Below, one piece after another: positions 9,953 to 19,643 of a stretch of DNA of 64,000 nt. Below the pieces are notes generated by a model. That model saw only the letters and a program-made list of their open reading frames with translations, did no database searches and was not told where the DNA came from. The position numbers and the translations under genes are program-made. The DNA is from Myxococcota bacterium (GTDB taxonomy: Bacteria; Myxococcota_A; Polyangia; Nannocystales; Nannocystaceae). Where the stretch lies: NCBI GenBank assembly GCA_039028615.1, contig JBCCHT010000021.1:128001-192000 (forward strand), in the 5' to 3' direction. Numbering within the stretch: the first letter of the stretch is position 1; every line of letters starts with the position of its first letter.

Positions 9953-10924
9953 GTGAGCGCCATGACCCGACCATCCACCCCCTCGACCATGCGGGGGCTC
10001 GTCCTGGACCCGAGCGCCGAAATCGGTGTGCGCCTGCGTGAAGACCTGACCCTCCCGACCCCGAAGAAGGGCGAAATTCGGGTGCAGGTGGCCTACTCGA
10101 GCGTCAACGGCCACGAGTTCGAGCTCGCGCGTAATCCACTCGTTCGCCTGACCCGACGGCTGCGACGGGCTCCGGGCGAGGTTCAGACGGGCCTGGAGTT
10201 CGCGGGCGTCGTGGATGCCGACGGGGCGTCGTTTTCTCGGGGCGAGCGGGTGTTCGGGTACGTCGACATGATCGCGGGCTGGAAGCCGCATGGCGAGTTC
10301 CTGGCGATACCGGAGGCCTATGTCGCGCGTGCACCCGAAGGGGTGCCGCTGGCGCGAGCGGCGGCCTTGCCGATGAGCGCACAGACGGCTCTCGTCGCGC
10401 TCCGTGAGGTCGCCGGGGTTCAGCCCGGCCAGCACACGCTGATTCTCGGAGCATCCGGTGGGGTGGGCGTCATGGCGGTTCAGATCGCTCGCATCCTGGG
10501 AGCCGAGGTCACCGCGGTGGCGAGCGCCAAGGTCCACGAGCGTCTGGCCGACTTGGGCGCTACGCAGACGGTGGACTATCGGCAGACGCCGCTGGAGCAC
10601 ATGACGGGGTCGTTCGACGCCATCTTGGATTTTTCCCGCACGGCCTACCTCTCACACGTTCGACACTTGCTAGCCGACGGCGGCATGTTCATCCCCGCCG
10701 ATCCTCTGCGGAATATCGTCGACGTCACCCTGTCCCGCCGCGCGAAGTGGTTGATGGTCGATCGAGGTGACCGGGCTCTGCTCGAGGAGATTGCCCGCTG
10801 GGTGGAGCAAGGCCGCCTAGAGCCGATCGTCGACGAGGTCTTCGAATTCGCACGATGGCCCGCCGCCGTCACCCGCAGCCACGAACGCGGACGCTTGGGG
10901 CGGACCATGCTGCACTTCGGTTGA
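9953..10924 (+). CDS. NAD(P)-dependent MDR-family oxidoreductase (quinone oxidoreductase-like)
   Basis: GLEFAGVV and the Rossmann motif ILGASGGVG; divergent from tetR; alternative start ATG 9962. Confidence 0.9.
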   Translation: MSAMTRPSTPSTMRGLVLDPSAEIGVRLREDLTLPTPKKGEIRVQVAYSSVNGHEFELARNPLVRLTRRLRRAPGEVQTGLEFAGVVDADGASFSRGERVFGYVDMIAGWKPHGEFLAIPEAYVARAPEGVPLARAAALPMSAQTALVALREVAGVQPGQHTLILGASGGVGVMAVQIARILGAEVTAVASAKVHERLADLGATQTVDYRQTPLEHMTGSFDAILDFSRTAYLSHVRHLLADGGMFIPADPLRNIVDVTLSRRAKWLMVDRGDRALLEEIARWVEQGRLEPIVDEVFEFARWPAAVTRSHERGRLGRTMLHFG

Positions 10925-10939
10925 GCCCGTCGCGGTGCC

Positions 10940-12004
10940 CTAGGGGTAGCCGACCAACACCGACAGCGAGATGCCCTGGAGCTGCTGCCGATCGATGTCG
11001 TTCGCGCCATCCGTCTCGGCGGTGAACTGGGCGCGGAACTGGGTGGTCGGCAGGGCCTCCGCGAACGAGTCGCGGACCGCATCCGAGACGTCCACTTCCA
11101 CCATCAGCTGCTCGGCGTTCGCAGCCAAGGGTCCGACGTCCGAGCGCATGGAGGCGTCGGCGGCTGCGATGTCGAAGATGTCGAACTCCACCGCGTGCAG
11201 CCGAATCGACCCGCCCAGATCGTCGTAGGGCGTGCCCTCGGCGGTGAAGTGCGACGCGTCGAGCTCGGCCTCCAGGATGGTCGTGGTGTTGCCGGGGAAC
11301 TCCATGGGGAAGGTCAGCAAGCCGCGCGTGAACTGGTTGGCCTCGTCGTCGCCGACCATCAGCCCGATGGAGGGGCTATAGAGTTCCGTCCACTGGTCGC
11401 CGACGACCGAGCCCGACAGCTTGCGCACGGGCTCGGCGAAGATCGACTGGGCGCGCAGGGTCGTGAACGAGGTCACCACCGCCTCTTCGAGCAGGTTGCC
11501 CGCCTCATCCGTCGCCGCGGCGCTCAGGGTCCAGTCGTAGGTCAGGGCGGGCTCGCCGTCGTTGGCCACCATCGCGTACTCGAGTGGATCGCGGGGCGTC
11601 ACCGTCAGCTCGTCGCCCGCGTCGTTCCACGAAAAGTCGACCGCCCCCACCGTGGCCGACACCCACGCGGCCTCGGTCGCCTCGCGGTTCATCGGCTCGC
11701 TGAATACGATGACGATCGGCGTGTCGGCCAGTACGCCCGCCTCATCGGTCTCGGGCGACAACGACACCACATACGGCGCGTCCTGGTCGTCCTGCTCCCC
11801 CATGCTCATGGAGCCGGTCATCACGTCCGGGTCCCCCGATTCGCCGTCGGCCACCGCGGAGCTGCTCGGTTCGTCTGCGCCGCCCGAGCCGCCCGTTCCT
11901 TCGGATTCGCCTTCGACATGGGGAGGCGGATTGAAACAACCGGCCGCGAGCACGCAGCATGCGGCCAGGGCGGAGCACGGACGAACGAATGCAACAGTGA
12001 TCAT
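10940..12004 (-). CDS. Lipoprotein with bacterial Ig-like (Big_5/SbsA-type) domain
   Basis: Lipobox LAAG-C; DAPYVVSLSP...IVIVFSEPMN...TDEAGN..SFTT Ig signature. Confidence 0.8.
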   Translation of the reverse strand: MITVAFVRPCSALAACCVLAAGCFNPPPHVEGESEGTGGSGGADEPSSSAVADGESGDPDVMTGSMSMGEQDDQDAPYVVSLSPETDEAGVLADTPIVIVFSEPMNREATEAAWVSATVGAVDFSWNDAGDELTVTPRDPLEYAMVANDGEPALTYDWTLSAAATDEAGNLLEEAVVTSFTTLRAQSIFAEPVRKLSGSVVGDQWTELYSPSIGLMVGDDEANQFTRGLLTFPMEFPGNTTTILEAELDASHFTAEGTPYDDLGGSIRLHAVEFDIFDIAAADASMRSDVGPLAANAEQLMVEVDVSDAVRDSFAEALPTTQFRAQFTAETDGANDIDRQQLQGISLSVLVGYP

Positions 12005-12074
12005 CTCAAGTGAGATGGTCCGCGAGGCCCCCGATCGGATCAGTGCGAGCACAGGGGGCTCGACGCATGCTCGT

Positions 12075-13565
12075 TCAGACGGGGACGACGATGGGGTGTG
12101 GTCCGCGATCGGTGTCGACGAAGAGATAGGTCCGATCCTCGCTGGTCGCGAGGGCCAACGGCAGCATGCGCGTCTCGGGAGGCGTCGTCGGGACCAGCGG
12201 CCCACCCTGCTTGGATATGTGCAGGACCCCGGCGCCATCGAGGAACCCGACGGTCGGGCGCGTCGCGGGAGTGTCGTCCCAGGATACGGCGGAGGCGGCC
12301 GAACGAATGGGCTCGCGGGCGGAGCCGATGCGGCGCTCGTCGATCACCTGGGTGCCCGCGGCCGAGCACCGCAGCGTGCTGGACCAGAGCTCGACCGCGG
12401 GGGAGCCGGGGATGGCCCCGTTGGCGGCACTCTCGGACGCGGGGCGCCACGACATCACATGGGCCAGCGTCTCTCCGTCCTCGGCGCCTGCGGTCACGAC
12501 GGGTGAGATGTCGGGCAGGGGATGTGCGCCCGGCAGCAGCGCAGATGCGGAGGCGGCCATCGTCCCCGCCCGAATATCGGCGTACATCACGACCAGCCCG
12601 TCGTTCCGTGGGGTGACGAACACGAGGCGCGAGCGATCGGCATCGTGGAGCGCCCCGCTGGCCGTGGGCATGAGCGGCATGCGGCCGACGTCGCGTTGTT
12701 CGACCGGTCCCGCCACCAGGATCTCGTCGTCCCAGTCATCTGGTCCGGTCGCGGGTTCGACCTCGGTCACGGGCGCAGCGAAGCGACACTCCTGGAGCGT
12801 GCTCTGCTCACCCGTGACCACGTACGCCGACACCGTGCCGTCGGGTCGTCGCACCAGCGGCTCGACGACGTGGTGGGGGCCGGCAAGTGGCGCGTGGGCG
12901 ATGCCTTGGACTTCCGCGTCGTCGACCCGTGCTCGCAGCCCCGTTGCGTCTTCCCAGGCGACCCACTGCGCCTCGGCATCCGCAGGGGCGCTCACGGACA
13001 GCAGCCGGTCAACCACGGTCGGAGGATCGGCGCAGCGAGTCTTGGGCAGCGAGTCGAAGTCGCCCTCGTGCTCGACGCTGGGCATCAGCTCGTGCCCGTG
13101 GATCAGCGAGACCGTGTCCCCGACGAGCGCCACGTACGAGGTTGGGCGCGCCGAAGGGCCGCGCTGCGGACCGACGGGCATGGCGAATCGGGTCGTTCGC
13201 GGCTCGAAGACCTTCACGTGAACCGCTTCGCTCTCGAGGACTTCCGCGCCGAGCTGCAAGCGGGCCGAGACCGTGTAGTCCCCAGGCTCGAGGGAGGTAC
13301 GCTGGTCGAGCGCGATGTCGGTGCGCAAGACCTCTCCCGCTTCGACCGGGATGCGGGGCGCGGCACTCCCTGCTCCGCGGATCGTCCGCGGCCCTCCCGG
13401 GCCCTCGATATGGAACGACAGCTCCGCGTTGTCCGGGTCGGAAGGGTTGCAGACCTGCATCGCCTGTTGTCCCGGATTGTGGATCGCAACTTCGATTTCC
13501 ACCGTGTCCCCGACGGGGAAGACCTCCCGGCCCCAAACGGCGCGGATGGATAGGCGAGGAATCAT
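12075..13565 (-). CDS. Hypothetical protein, candidate immunity partner of the upstream effector
   Basis: ATG at 13565 overlaps the upstream TAA (TAATG coupling); N-terminal Ig-like segment; no signal peptide. Confidence 0.7.
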   Translation of the reverse strand: MIPRLSIRAVWGREVFPVGDTVEIEVAIHNPGQQAMQVCNPSDPDNAELSFHIEGPGGPRTIRGAGSAAPRIPVEAGEVLRTDIALDQRTSLEPGDYTVSARLQLGAEVLESEAVHVKVFEPRTTRFAMPVGPQRGPSARPTSYVALVGDTVSLIHGHELMPSVEHEGDFDSLPKTRCADPPTVVDRLLSVSAPADAEAQWVAWEDATGLRARVDDAEVQGIAHAPLAGPHHVVEPLVRRPDGTVSAYVVTGEQSTLQECRFAAPVTEVEPATGPDDWDDEILVAGPVEQRDVGRMPLMPTASGALHDADRSRLVFVTPRNDGLVVMYADIRAGTMAASASALLPGAHPLPDISPVVTAGAEDGETLAHVMSWRPASESAANGAIPGSPAVELWSSTLRCSAAGTQVIDERRIGSAREPIRSAASAVSWDDTPATRPTVGFLDGAGVLHISKQGGPLVPTTPPETRMLPLALATSEDRTYLFVDTDRGPHPIVVPV

Positions 13566-15997
13566 TACAGCACTCCCATCTTCTTCAGCGACCACCCGCG
13601 GAGCTTGAGGTTGCACAGCCCGCATAGGTGGTCACTGGTGAAGTCGTAGTTCATCAGACACTTGAGGTCGGCGGGGTCGTGGTGGTTGGTGGAGAACCCG
13701 GGCGCAGGCGCCTCGTTTCGGCCCGCGGGTGCGTGGCACAAGTAGAAGGTGTGCCCCATCTCGTGGGCGATGACCGGCTCGGCGCCCACCGTGTACACAT
13801 TGTTGGGGTTGTTGCGCACCGCGTCGGGCAGGAACACCAGCAGCATCGCGTGGCGAGCATCGGGCAGGGTCTCGGACGACGGGGCCACGCCGCCGGTTCC
13901 CGACGGAACGATCGTGTGCGTCCCGTTGCGGTTTTTGACCCGGATGGTGTCGACGACGTGGAACGTGATGAACCCGCGGTTGTTGGCCGTCGCGGTCTCG
14001 ATCATGTACTGGGAGCACGCGAGCTTGAAGCCGTGCATCGCCACGTTGCCCAGCTTGTAGAGATAGTGAACGGAAGTGTCGGAGTGCATGTTCCCCATCT
14101 TGGACAGGTGCGCTTGGTCGATCTTGGCCTTCTTGTTGTCGTTGAGGTTGTTGTAGAAACTCAGCAGGTAGGTGGAATCGTCGGCGTTCTGGTTCGTGGT
14201 GTTCCGCCACCGGTTGTAGTCGTTGCGGGGCCCGTTGAACTTCCGGTTCTTTTGCAGGACATACTCGCGGATCGTCTCCACCAGGATGAGTTGTTTGAAC
14301 ATCGCGTGCTCCCAGATAGTCAGCGCCGCGTGGGTGGTGCTGGCGGCCTGGCTGATGCCCCGCATCGAGGCTTCGAACTGGTTGAACCAGTCCGGCACGG
14401 GCAAACCGCGTTTCGCGTCTTGGATACCCCGCTTATCGAGCAGGGTCCGGTTCTTGATGCGGTCGAGGTACGTGGCGTAGTTGTTCTGGAACGCGTTGTC
14501 CTCGTTCTGCGTCCAGGTGAGCTTGACCCCGGCCAGGGCGTGCTGTTGGGAGGCCCGAGCCACGTTGGAGGCCGACACCGATGGCGCCTTGCGGATGTAG
14601 CGAGCGTTGACCTCGCGGACCATGTCGAAGAGTCCCGTGCTCGCTCGGGGCAGGTCGGGGAAGTCCGTCGTGCGAATCGTGGCCGCGGGCGTCTGCGTGT
14701 CGAGCACGGGGGCTCCGCTGATGTTGGCGACATAGGCCGAGACCTTGTAGGTGTCGCGGGCCATCCGCGACGGCTGGAACAAGACCCCCGAGTATCCCGC
14801 ATGGTCTCCCGTGGTGTGAGGGCGGCTGAGCGCAGCCCAGTCACGAGTGCCGCACGCTCGGACTTCGAACGCGAACTTGTTCGAGGGCAGCGAGTTGGGC
14901 AGCGGCCTAGCGTTCGCGGGGAACACGGCGCCGCCGCCTCGCTTGCCGCCGTAGTCCGCGTGGCAGTTCGTCGACCCCGAAGGCCCCTCGTTCGACTTGT
15001 AGGGCAGTCGTCGCCGTAGAGCGAGGTAGGACGAGACCGCGTCGTTCGTGTAGCGCGTGTTCAGCAACGCCATCTCGTCTTCGCCCTCCCAGTCCCACAT
15101 GATGTCGAGGCCGGCCAGGGCCTTGGCGCTGTCGCCCCCGTGCACGGCGTCGCCGTTGGCCTTGGTCAAGGAGATCTTGGCGAGGAGTGGGATCCGGGGG
15201 CCGTCGCCCCATTGCTTCTTGTGGTTGTCGTGCAGGTAGTCTCCCTTCATCTGCGACGCGCTGGTCAGGAACTGATTGCACGGCATGACCACGGGCATGC
15301 GCTGGGTGGTCACGGCCGAGTTGGTCAGCCCGGTGATGATGCTGGCCTCGTGGGCCCGCGTATCCTGCTTGAACTTGTTGTCCACCGAGCTATGGGCCGC
15401 CGTGGGCAGGAAGTCGGTACCGCCCCAGCTCAGCTCGATCTTCTTCACCAGGATGTCGAAGTAGGTGAAGCGCTCGACGTAGCCGTCTTCGACCTGGTCA
15501 CCCTCGGCGCGGGCCTTGAGCATGTAGGGAGAACCAGCCGCGGTGACGACCCCATCGGGAAAGAGCTTCTTGTCGATCCACTCCTTCTTCGGGAACTCCC
15601 CCTTCCACGCGTCCTTGAACGTGAGCTTCTTGGCCGCCTTCGCATCGAGGGTGCGCTGCCAGATGGGCGCCCCCGAGCCGGCCCGGAACAGCTCGAGGAT
15701 CAACGTCTCGGCATTGTCGGGTTGCACGAGCTTCCACGAGATCTTCACCGAGTCCACGGTGGGCGCGAAGAAGAAGTGCCCCCGCCGGCCCGCCGCGATC
15801 GCCTCGTGATCGCGGGCCTCGTACGACGTCGACGACCCTTCGCACGTCAGCTTGAGCTCGCTGATGCCCCACGTCTTCTTGCAGTGCTTGCGGTCGTTGA
15901 TGGGGGTCTTGGAGCCTCCCTCGAGATAGCCATCGACCAAGGGGTTTTTGGGCCCCGTGAACATCGAGAATTCGATCTTGCCCGGATACGTCGCCAT
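13565..15997 (-). CDS. Large basic protein with C-terminal zincin metallopeptidase motif; candidate secreted effector
   Basis: AHEMGHTFYLCH (HExxHxxxxxH), Met-turn-like CLMNY and CGLC; Lys/Asn-rich; no signal peptide. Confidence 0.75.
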   Translation of the reverse strand: MATYPGKIEFSMFTGPKNPLVDGYLEGGSKTPINDRKHCKKTWGISELKLTCEGSSTSYEARDHEAIAAGRRGHFFFAPTVDSVKISWKLVQPDNAETLILELFRAGSGAPIWQRTLDAKAAKKLTFKDAWKGEFPKKEWIDKKLFPDGVVTAAGSPYMLKARAEGDQVEDGYVERFTYFDILVKKIELSWGGTDFLPTAAHSSVDNKFKQDTRAHEASIITGLTNSAVTTQRMPVVMPCNQFLTSASQMKGDYLHDNHKKQWGDGPRIPLLAKISLTKANGDAVHGGDSAKALAGLDIMWDWEGEDEMALLNTRYTNDAVSSYLALRRRLPYKSNEGPSGSTNCHADYGGKRGGGAVFPANARPLPNSLPSNKFAFEVRACGTRDWAALSRPHTTGDHAGYSGVLFQPSRMARDTYKVSAYVANISGAPVLDTQTPAATIRTTDFPDLPRASTGLFDMVREVNARYIRKAPSVSASNVARASQQHALAGVKLTWTQNEDNAFQNNYATYLDRIKNRTLLDKRGIQDAKRGLPVPDWFNQFEASMRGISQAASTTHAALTIWEHAMFKQLILVETIREYVLQKNRKFNGPRNDYNRWRNTTNQNADDSTYLLSFYNNLNDNKKAKIDQAHLSKMGNMHSDTSVHYLYKLGNVAMHGFKLACSQYMIETATANNRGFITFHVVDTIRVKNRNGTHTIVPSGTGGVAPSSETLPDARHAMLLVFLPDAVRNNPNNVYTVGAEPVIAHEMGHTFYLCHAPAGRNEAPAPGFSTNHHDPADLKCLMNYDFTSDHLCGLCNLKLRGWSLKKMGVL

Positions 15998-16000
15998 GGT

Positions 16001-16417
16001 TCACCGAGCCTGTGCCTGGGGCGCGGCGTCGTCGGCCTCCCGCGGAGCAGATGCCAAGTAGCCTTCGCCCTCACTCTGGGCTCGCAGGGCGTCGGCCTGC
16101 AGGCGCGACGTCTTGAACGAGGCAGAGCCGGGCCCCGAGAGGATCTGGCCTGCCCATGCGAAGCGAGCATCGCCATCGAAGTCGCGGCCGAACACGAACA
16201 TCAGCGTCAGGTAGCGCAGCAGGTCTCGCTCGGTGCGGAGGCCATAGGTCAGTCCCCGCTGCACGCAGTGCTCGATGGCGTCATCGATCTGCGCGGCCGA
16301 CAGCGCGTGTATCTGCTCGGCGAAATACTCTCGCAGGTGGACCCGCGCTCGCCCGCGAAACGGGTCTACGTCGTCGCGGACCATCGTCCACAGCTGGTCG
16401 GAACGAATCGTCAGCAT
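16001..16417 (-). CDS. Small helical protein resembling the C-terminal module of DUF4123-type T6SS chaperones
   Basis: MLTIRSDQL...F...HLREYF...GLTYGLRTERDLLRYLTLMFVFGRDFDGDARFAWAGQIL pattern; GAGGAG RBS. Confidence 0.6.
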   Translation of the reverse strand: MLTIRSDQLWTMVRDDVDPFRGRARVHLREYFAEQIHALSAAQIDDAIEHCVQRGLTYGLRTERDLLRYLTLMFVFGRDFDGDARFAWAGQILSGPGSASFKTSRLQADALRAQSEGEGYLASAPREADDAAPQAQAR

Positions 16418-16689
16418 GTGTGCTCTCCTCTCGAGCTCGGCCGATTCCACGGCCATGCCCGGGGAGTGACTGGAGGGCCCGCGGTTGTTCAGCTCGCGAG
16501 AAAATTCTCGAGTTTGCCTGCGAATGGCCCTCATCGCCGTCTACGCGCGGCTACGATGCTCGACGACCGCCAACGCAGTCGCTGCAATTGGGCGGGTCGC
16601 GGCTCGAGCGCCGGACACCGGATCTTCGTGTCCGTGTGCGTGTCTTCGGATTGGAGCTCGAACGAGCGCGGCCCAGAGCCCGCCCTGGA

Positions 16690-17481
16690 TCAGAGCCCGG
16701 ATACCAGGCGCAGCTCGCAGTCACCCGTCGCGCCCAGGCCCTCGAGGCGCACGACGCCTCGGTCGTCGCTCTGACATTCGTGCACGGAGCCATCCGGTGC
16801 CACGACTTCGCAGGCTTGGTTGGCGACGGGCTCTCGGTCGGGATCGAGCAGGACGCACTCGAACCAGTCGTCGGTGGCTTCGAGCGGCGGCGCAACATCG
16901 GCCGAAGGCGAGAGCGCGGGCTGGTGGGTCAGCGGCGTGATGCGGTACTCGCCGCCACGGGGCAGTTCGTCGTAACGGATGAGCCCATCGTCGTCGGTTC
17001 GGGTGACGAAGGGCGGGGCATCGGGAGGCTCGACGAGGCAGCGCTGCCCCGCGATGGGGTTGCCGTCCTCGTCCTCGAGCCGACACTCGAAAAAGTGCAG
17101 GGTGGGGGCCGGAGTCTCCGCGGCGCGCAGCGGCGTGGCGGGATCTCCCGCCGTCAGGTCTCGTAGGTCGACCGCGTCCTCGATGATCGGGGTGAAGCTC
17201 ACTCGCGATCGAGGTCGCCGATGGATCGAGATACGGGAACAGGCGCCGCAGCCGTCGAGGAGCCGTTCGATGATCCGGGAATCGACACTGCGCAGCCGGC
17301 TGCCCCACGCGAAGAGGCTGCATAGGCGCTCCAGCTGACGATGGTCACGGGCCCGCCATAGCTCGTCGACCAGCGCGCGCTGCTCGCGAGCGCTCAGCGC
17401 GGGGACCCAAGCCGACTCGGGATGAGGAGGAGTGCGAGCCTCGTAGAGGTTCCCGTCGTGGCTCAGCTCGATCGTGGTCAT
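16690..17481 (-). CDS. Protein with two transthyretin-like (carboxypeptidase-regulatory-like) modules, T6SS adaptor-type
   Basis: Repeated modules FFECRLEDEDGNPIAGQRCLVEPPD...TDDDG and WFECVLLDPDREPVANQACEVVAPDG...SDDRG; GGGAGG RBS. Confidence 0.7.
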   Translation of the reverse strand: MTTIELSHDGNLYEARTPPHPESAWVPALSAREQRALVDELWRARDHRQLERLCSLFAWGSRLRSVDSRIIERLLDGCGACSRISIHRRPRSRVSFTPIIEDAVDLRDLTAGDPATPLRAAETPAPTLHFFECRLEDEDGNPIAGQRCLVEPPDAPPFVTRTDDDGLIRYDELPRGGEYRITPLTHQPALSPSADVAPPLEATDDWFECVLLDPDREPVANQACEVVAPDGSVHECQSDDRGVVRLEGLGATGDCELRLVSGL

Positions 17482-17630
17482 TGGCAATCAACCCTCCCGT
17501 GGTGCGACCTCGTTCGAAAGAGGTCCCCAGCCGGGGCCTTCGGATCACGATCGCCGATCAGTGATCCACTCATGGCCTTGGGGGACCTCAACAGAGGGTC
17601 GGTCGCAGGTGGGAGCCCGGGCCGCGAAAG

Positions 17631-18902
17631 GTGACAGTCCGATGCAGGAGCAAACGCGCCATGTTGGGTGAGACCGCCGTCGTGGGTCGAGTCGAGGGCG
17701 GCTGGGAATCGACCACACTGTCCACGGGAGCCTCCCACACGTTGATCCTGAAGCGGCGGGTCGCAGAGCGAATCCGGGTCACGGGGATGTTCTTCGAGAC
17801 CGAAAAGAGCTTCGTGCTGCCGGGGGCGCTGGCGGGCTTGCAGAGGCTGGTGACCCTCTCCGACGCGGGTTCCGCCAAGGAGATCGTGGTGGTCGGTCAC
17901 ACCGACGCCAGTGGGTCGAGGTCCTACAACCTGCAGCTGTCGCTCCAGCGCGCACGCAGTATGGCCGCGTATCTGCGCGACGACGTGGACGCATGGCTGG
18001 ACAACTATTCGCTGTCCGATGCGGACGAGCGCTGGGGGAGCCGCGAGGATTCCCTGATGCTCGGGGCCTTGCCGATGTCTCGGTCCACGCCCTACCTGGA
18101 CGACACCACCGAGCTCCACGATGCTGCGGCCGAGTTTCAGCGGGACGCCGGCCTCGAGCCGACGGGGATGATCGACGAGCCGACGCGGCGCGCCTTGATC
18201 GAGGCCTACATGGGTCTGGATGGAACGACGCTACCCGAGCCCGTTCGCGTGCTCTGCCATGGGTGCGGCGAGTTCTTTCCGACCGAAGACTCCACGGGTC
18301 CCACCGATCCTCGCGACCGCCGGGTGGAGCTGTTTTGCTTCGACCGCGCCATCGATCCCGAGCCGCCTTCGGAGGCGCCGAGCAAGGCGGACTCGCCGTA
18401 TCCGAAGTGGCTCGGCGCGGTCTCGAAGACTCACGAGCTGTCGGTCGACGGCGAGGGGGACGAGCTGCGCCTGACGCTTCTCGACGACGGCGGGGAGCCG
18501 ATGCCGGGTGCACCCTTCGTCGTGCGCTTCGCCGGCTCGATGCCGTTCGTGGGACATGCCGACGGCGAGGGCGTGGCCCATATCCCGACGCCGGCCATCT
18601 GCTCGGAGGACGTGGCCGTGAGCTGGGGAGGGCCCGGGGCGCAAGAGGGCCACGCGTATCACCGCCGGATCTTCGTCGACTGTGATGCTGGCGACGAGCC
18701 AGCGAAGATCGAGCGCAAGCTCCACAACCTCGGGTTCTCGCCCGACCTGGGGCTCGATGCTGCGGTACGGGCGTTCCAGCGCGAGCATGAGGTCGACGAT
18801 GAACCGGTACCCGTGGGTGCTCCGCAGGGGCAGCTCCCCGCGGGGACGGCTGCTCGTCTCGACGAGGTCTTCGACGAACTGTCTCGCGAACAGGTGGGAT
18901 GA
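17631..18902 (+). CDS. OmpA-like domain + peptidoglycan-binding + transthyretin-like protein
   Basis: VVGHTDASGSRSYNLQLSLQRA and DRRVELF (OmpA); FQRDAGLEPTG and AVRAFQREH (PG-binding); LLDDGGEPMPGAPF. Start uncertain (17631 or 17661). Confidence 0.8.
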   Translation: MTVRCRSKRAMLGETAVVGRVEGGWESTTLSTGASHTLILKRRVAERIRVTGMFFETEKSFVLPGALAGLQRLVTLSDAGSAKEIVVVGHTDASGSRSYNLQLSLQRARSMAAYLRDDVDAWLDNYSLSDADERWGSREDSLMLGALPMSRSTPYLDDTTELHDAAAEFQRDAGLEPTGMIDEPTRRALIEAYMGLDGTTLPEPVRVLCHGCGEFFPTEDSTGPTDPRDRRVELFCFDRAIDPEPPSEAPSKADSPYPKWLGAVSKTHELSVDGEGDELRLTLLDDGGEPMPGAPFVVRFAGSMPFVGHADGEGVAHIPTPAICSEDVAVSWGGPGAQEGHAYHRRIFVDCDAGDEPAKIERKLHNLGFSPDLGLDAAVRAFQREHEVDDEPVPVGAPQGQLPAGTAARLDEVFDELSREQVG

Positions 18903-18927
18903 CGGCGGGCCTCGATGGGACTCGTGC

Positions 18928-19311
18928 CTACGGTGGGCTCGCGCCCGCCTTGCTGCGGCGAGCGATGTTCTTCGCGGTACCGGAGCGCTCGCGGCCGGGT
19001 CGCACCCACGCGATGTCGCGGTCCGAGGCGGCCGTGAGCGCTCGGTCCCGCTCGGCGTCCGATTCAAAGCCACCTCGGGTCGGGAATGCCCCGTGGTTGT
19101 TCCGCGGAGCCGTGAACATGTGAAAGACGGTCACTCGCTCGGCGGCCCGGGTGCTGAGGTAGGCCTGCGCCTTCGCATCGGCCCCGCGTGCGTCACCGAC
19201 CACGAAGCGCGCGTCGGAGTCCGCGAGGGCCTCCGTGATCGAGGGGACGTAGTGGGCCTCGAACTCCGCGTCGGTGAGATCGAGGTGACCGCTGACGAAG
19301 AACGTGGGCAT
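18928..19311 (-). CDS. SLOG superfamily (YspA-like) protein
   Basis: FFVSGH..., FVVGDARGAD, ERDRAL, IAW...SGTAKNI motifs. Confidence 0.7.
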   Translation of the reverse strand: MPTFFVSGHLDLTDAEFEAHYVPSITEALADSDARFVVGDARGADAKAQAYLSTRAAERVTVFHMFTAPRNNHGAFPTRGGFESDAERDRALTAASDRDIAWVRPGRERSGTAKNIARRSKAGASPP

Positions 19312-19643
19312 CGATCATCGATACCACGAATCAACCGCGGGGCCCGGTACGGAAGTCCGCGCCTCCGACCGACATGTCGCCGATTCCGTAGCGCCGTGGG
19401 GGTGGAGCTGGATCCAGGATCTTCGCCAGGGGTTCTTAATTCTGTTGGTCGACGGTTGTTCCCCCGAGTGTGCGTGGATGTTGCTCGAGCGCCGTTGTTC
19501 CCACTTCGGACCCTCGAAAGCTCGAGTTAAGCCACCTGTTCCTCCAGAGCATGGTTTGACATGGCTCGGGGGGTTGGTACGCCACAGACTACGAGCCAGA
19601 CATTCATCCTGTCTTGGTTCCACCCTCGTTCAACGGCTCGTCG

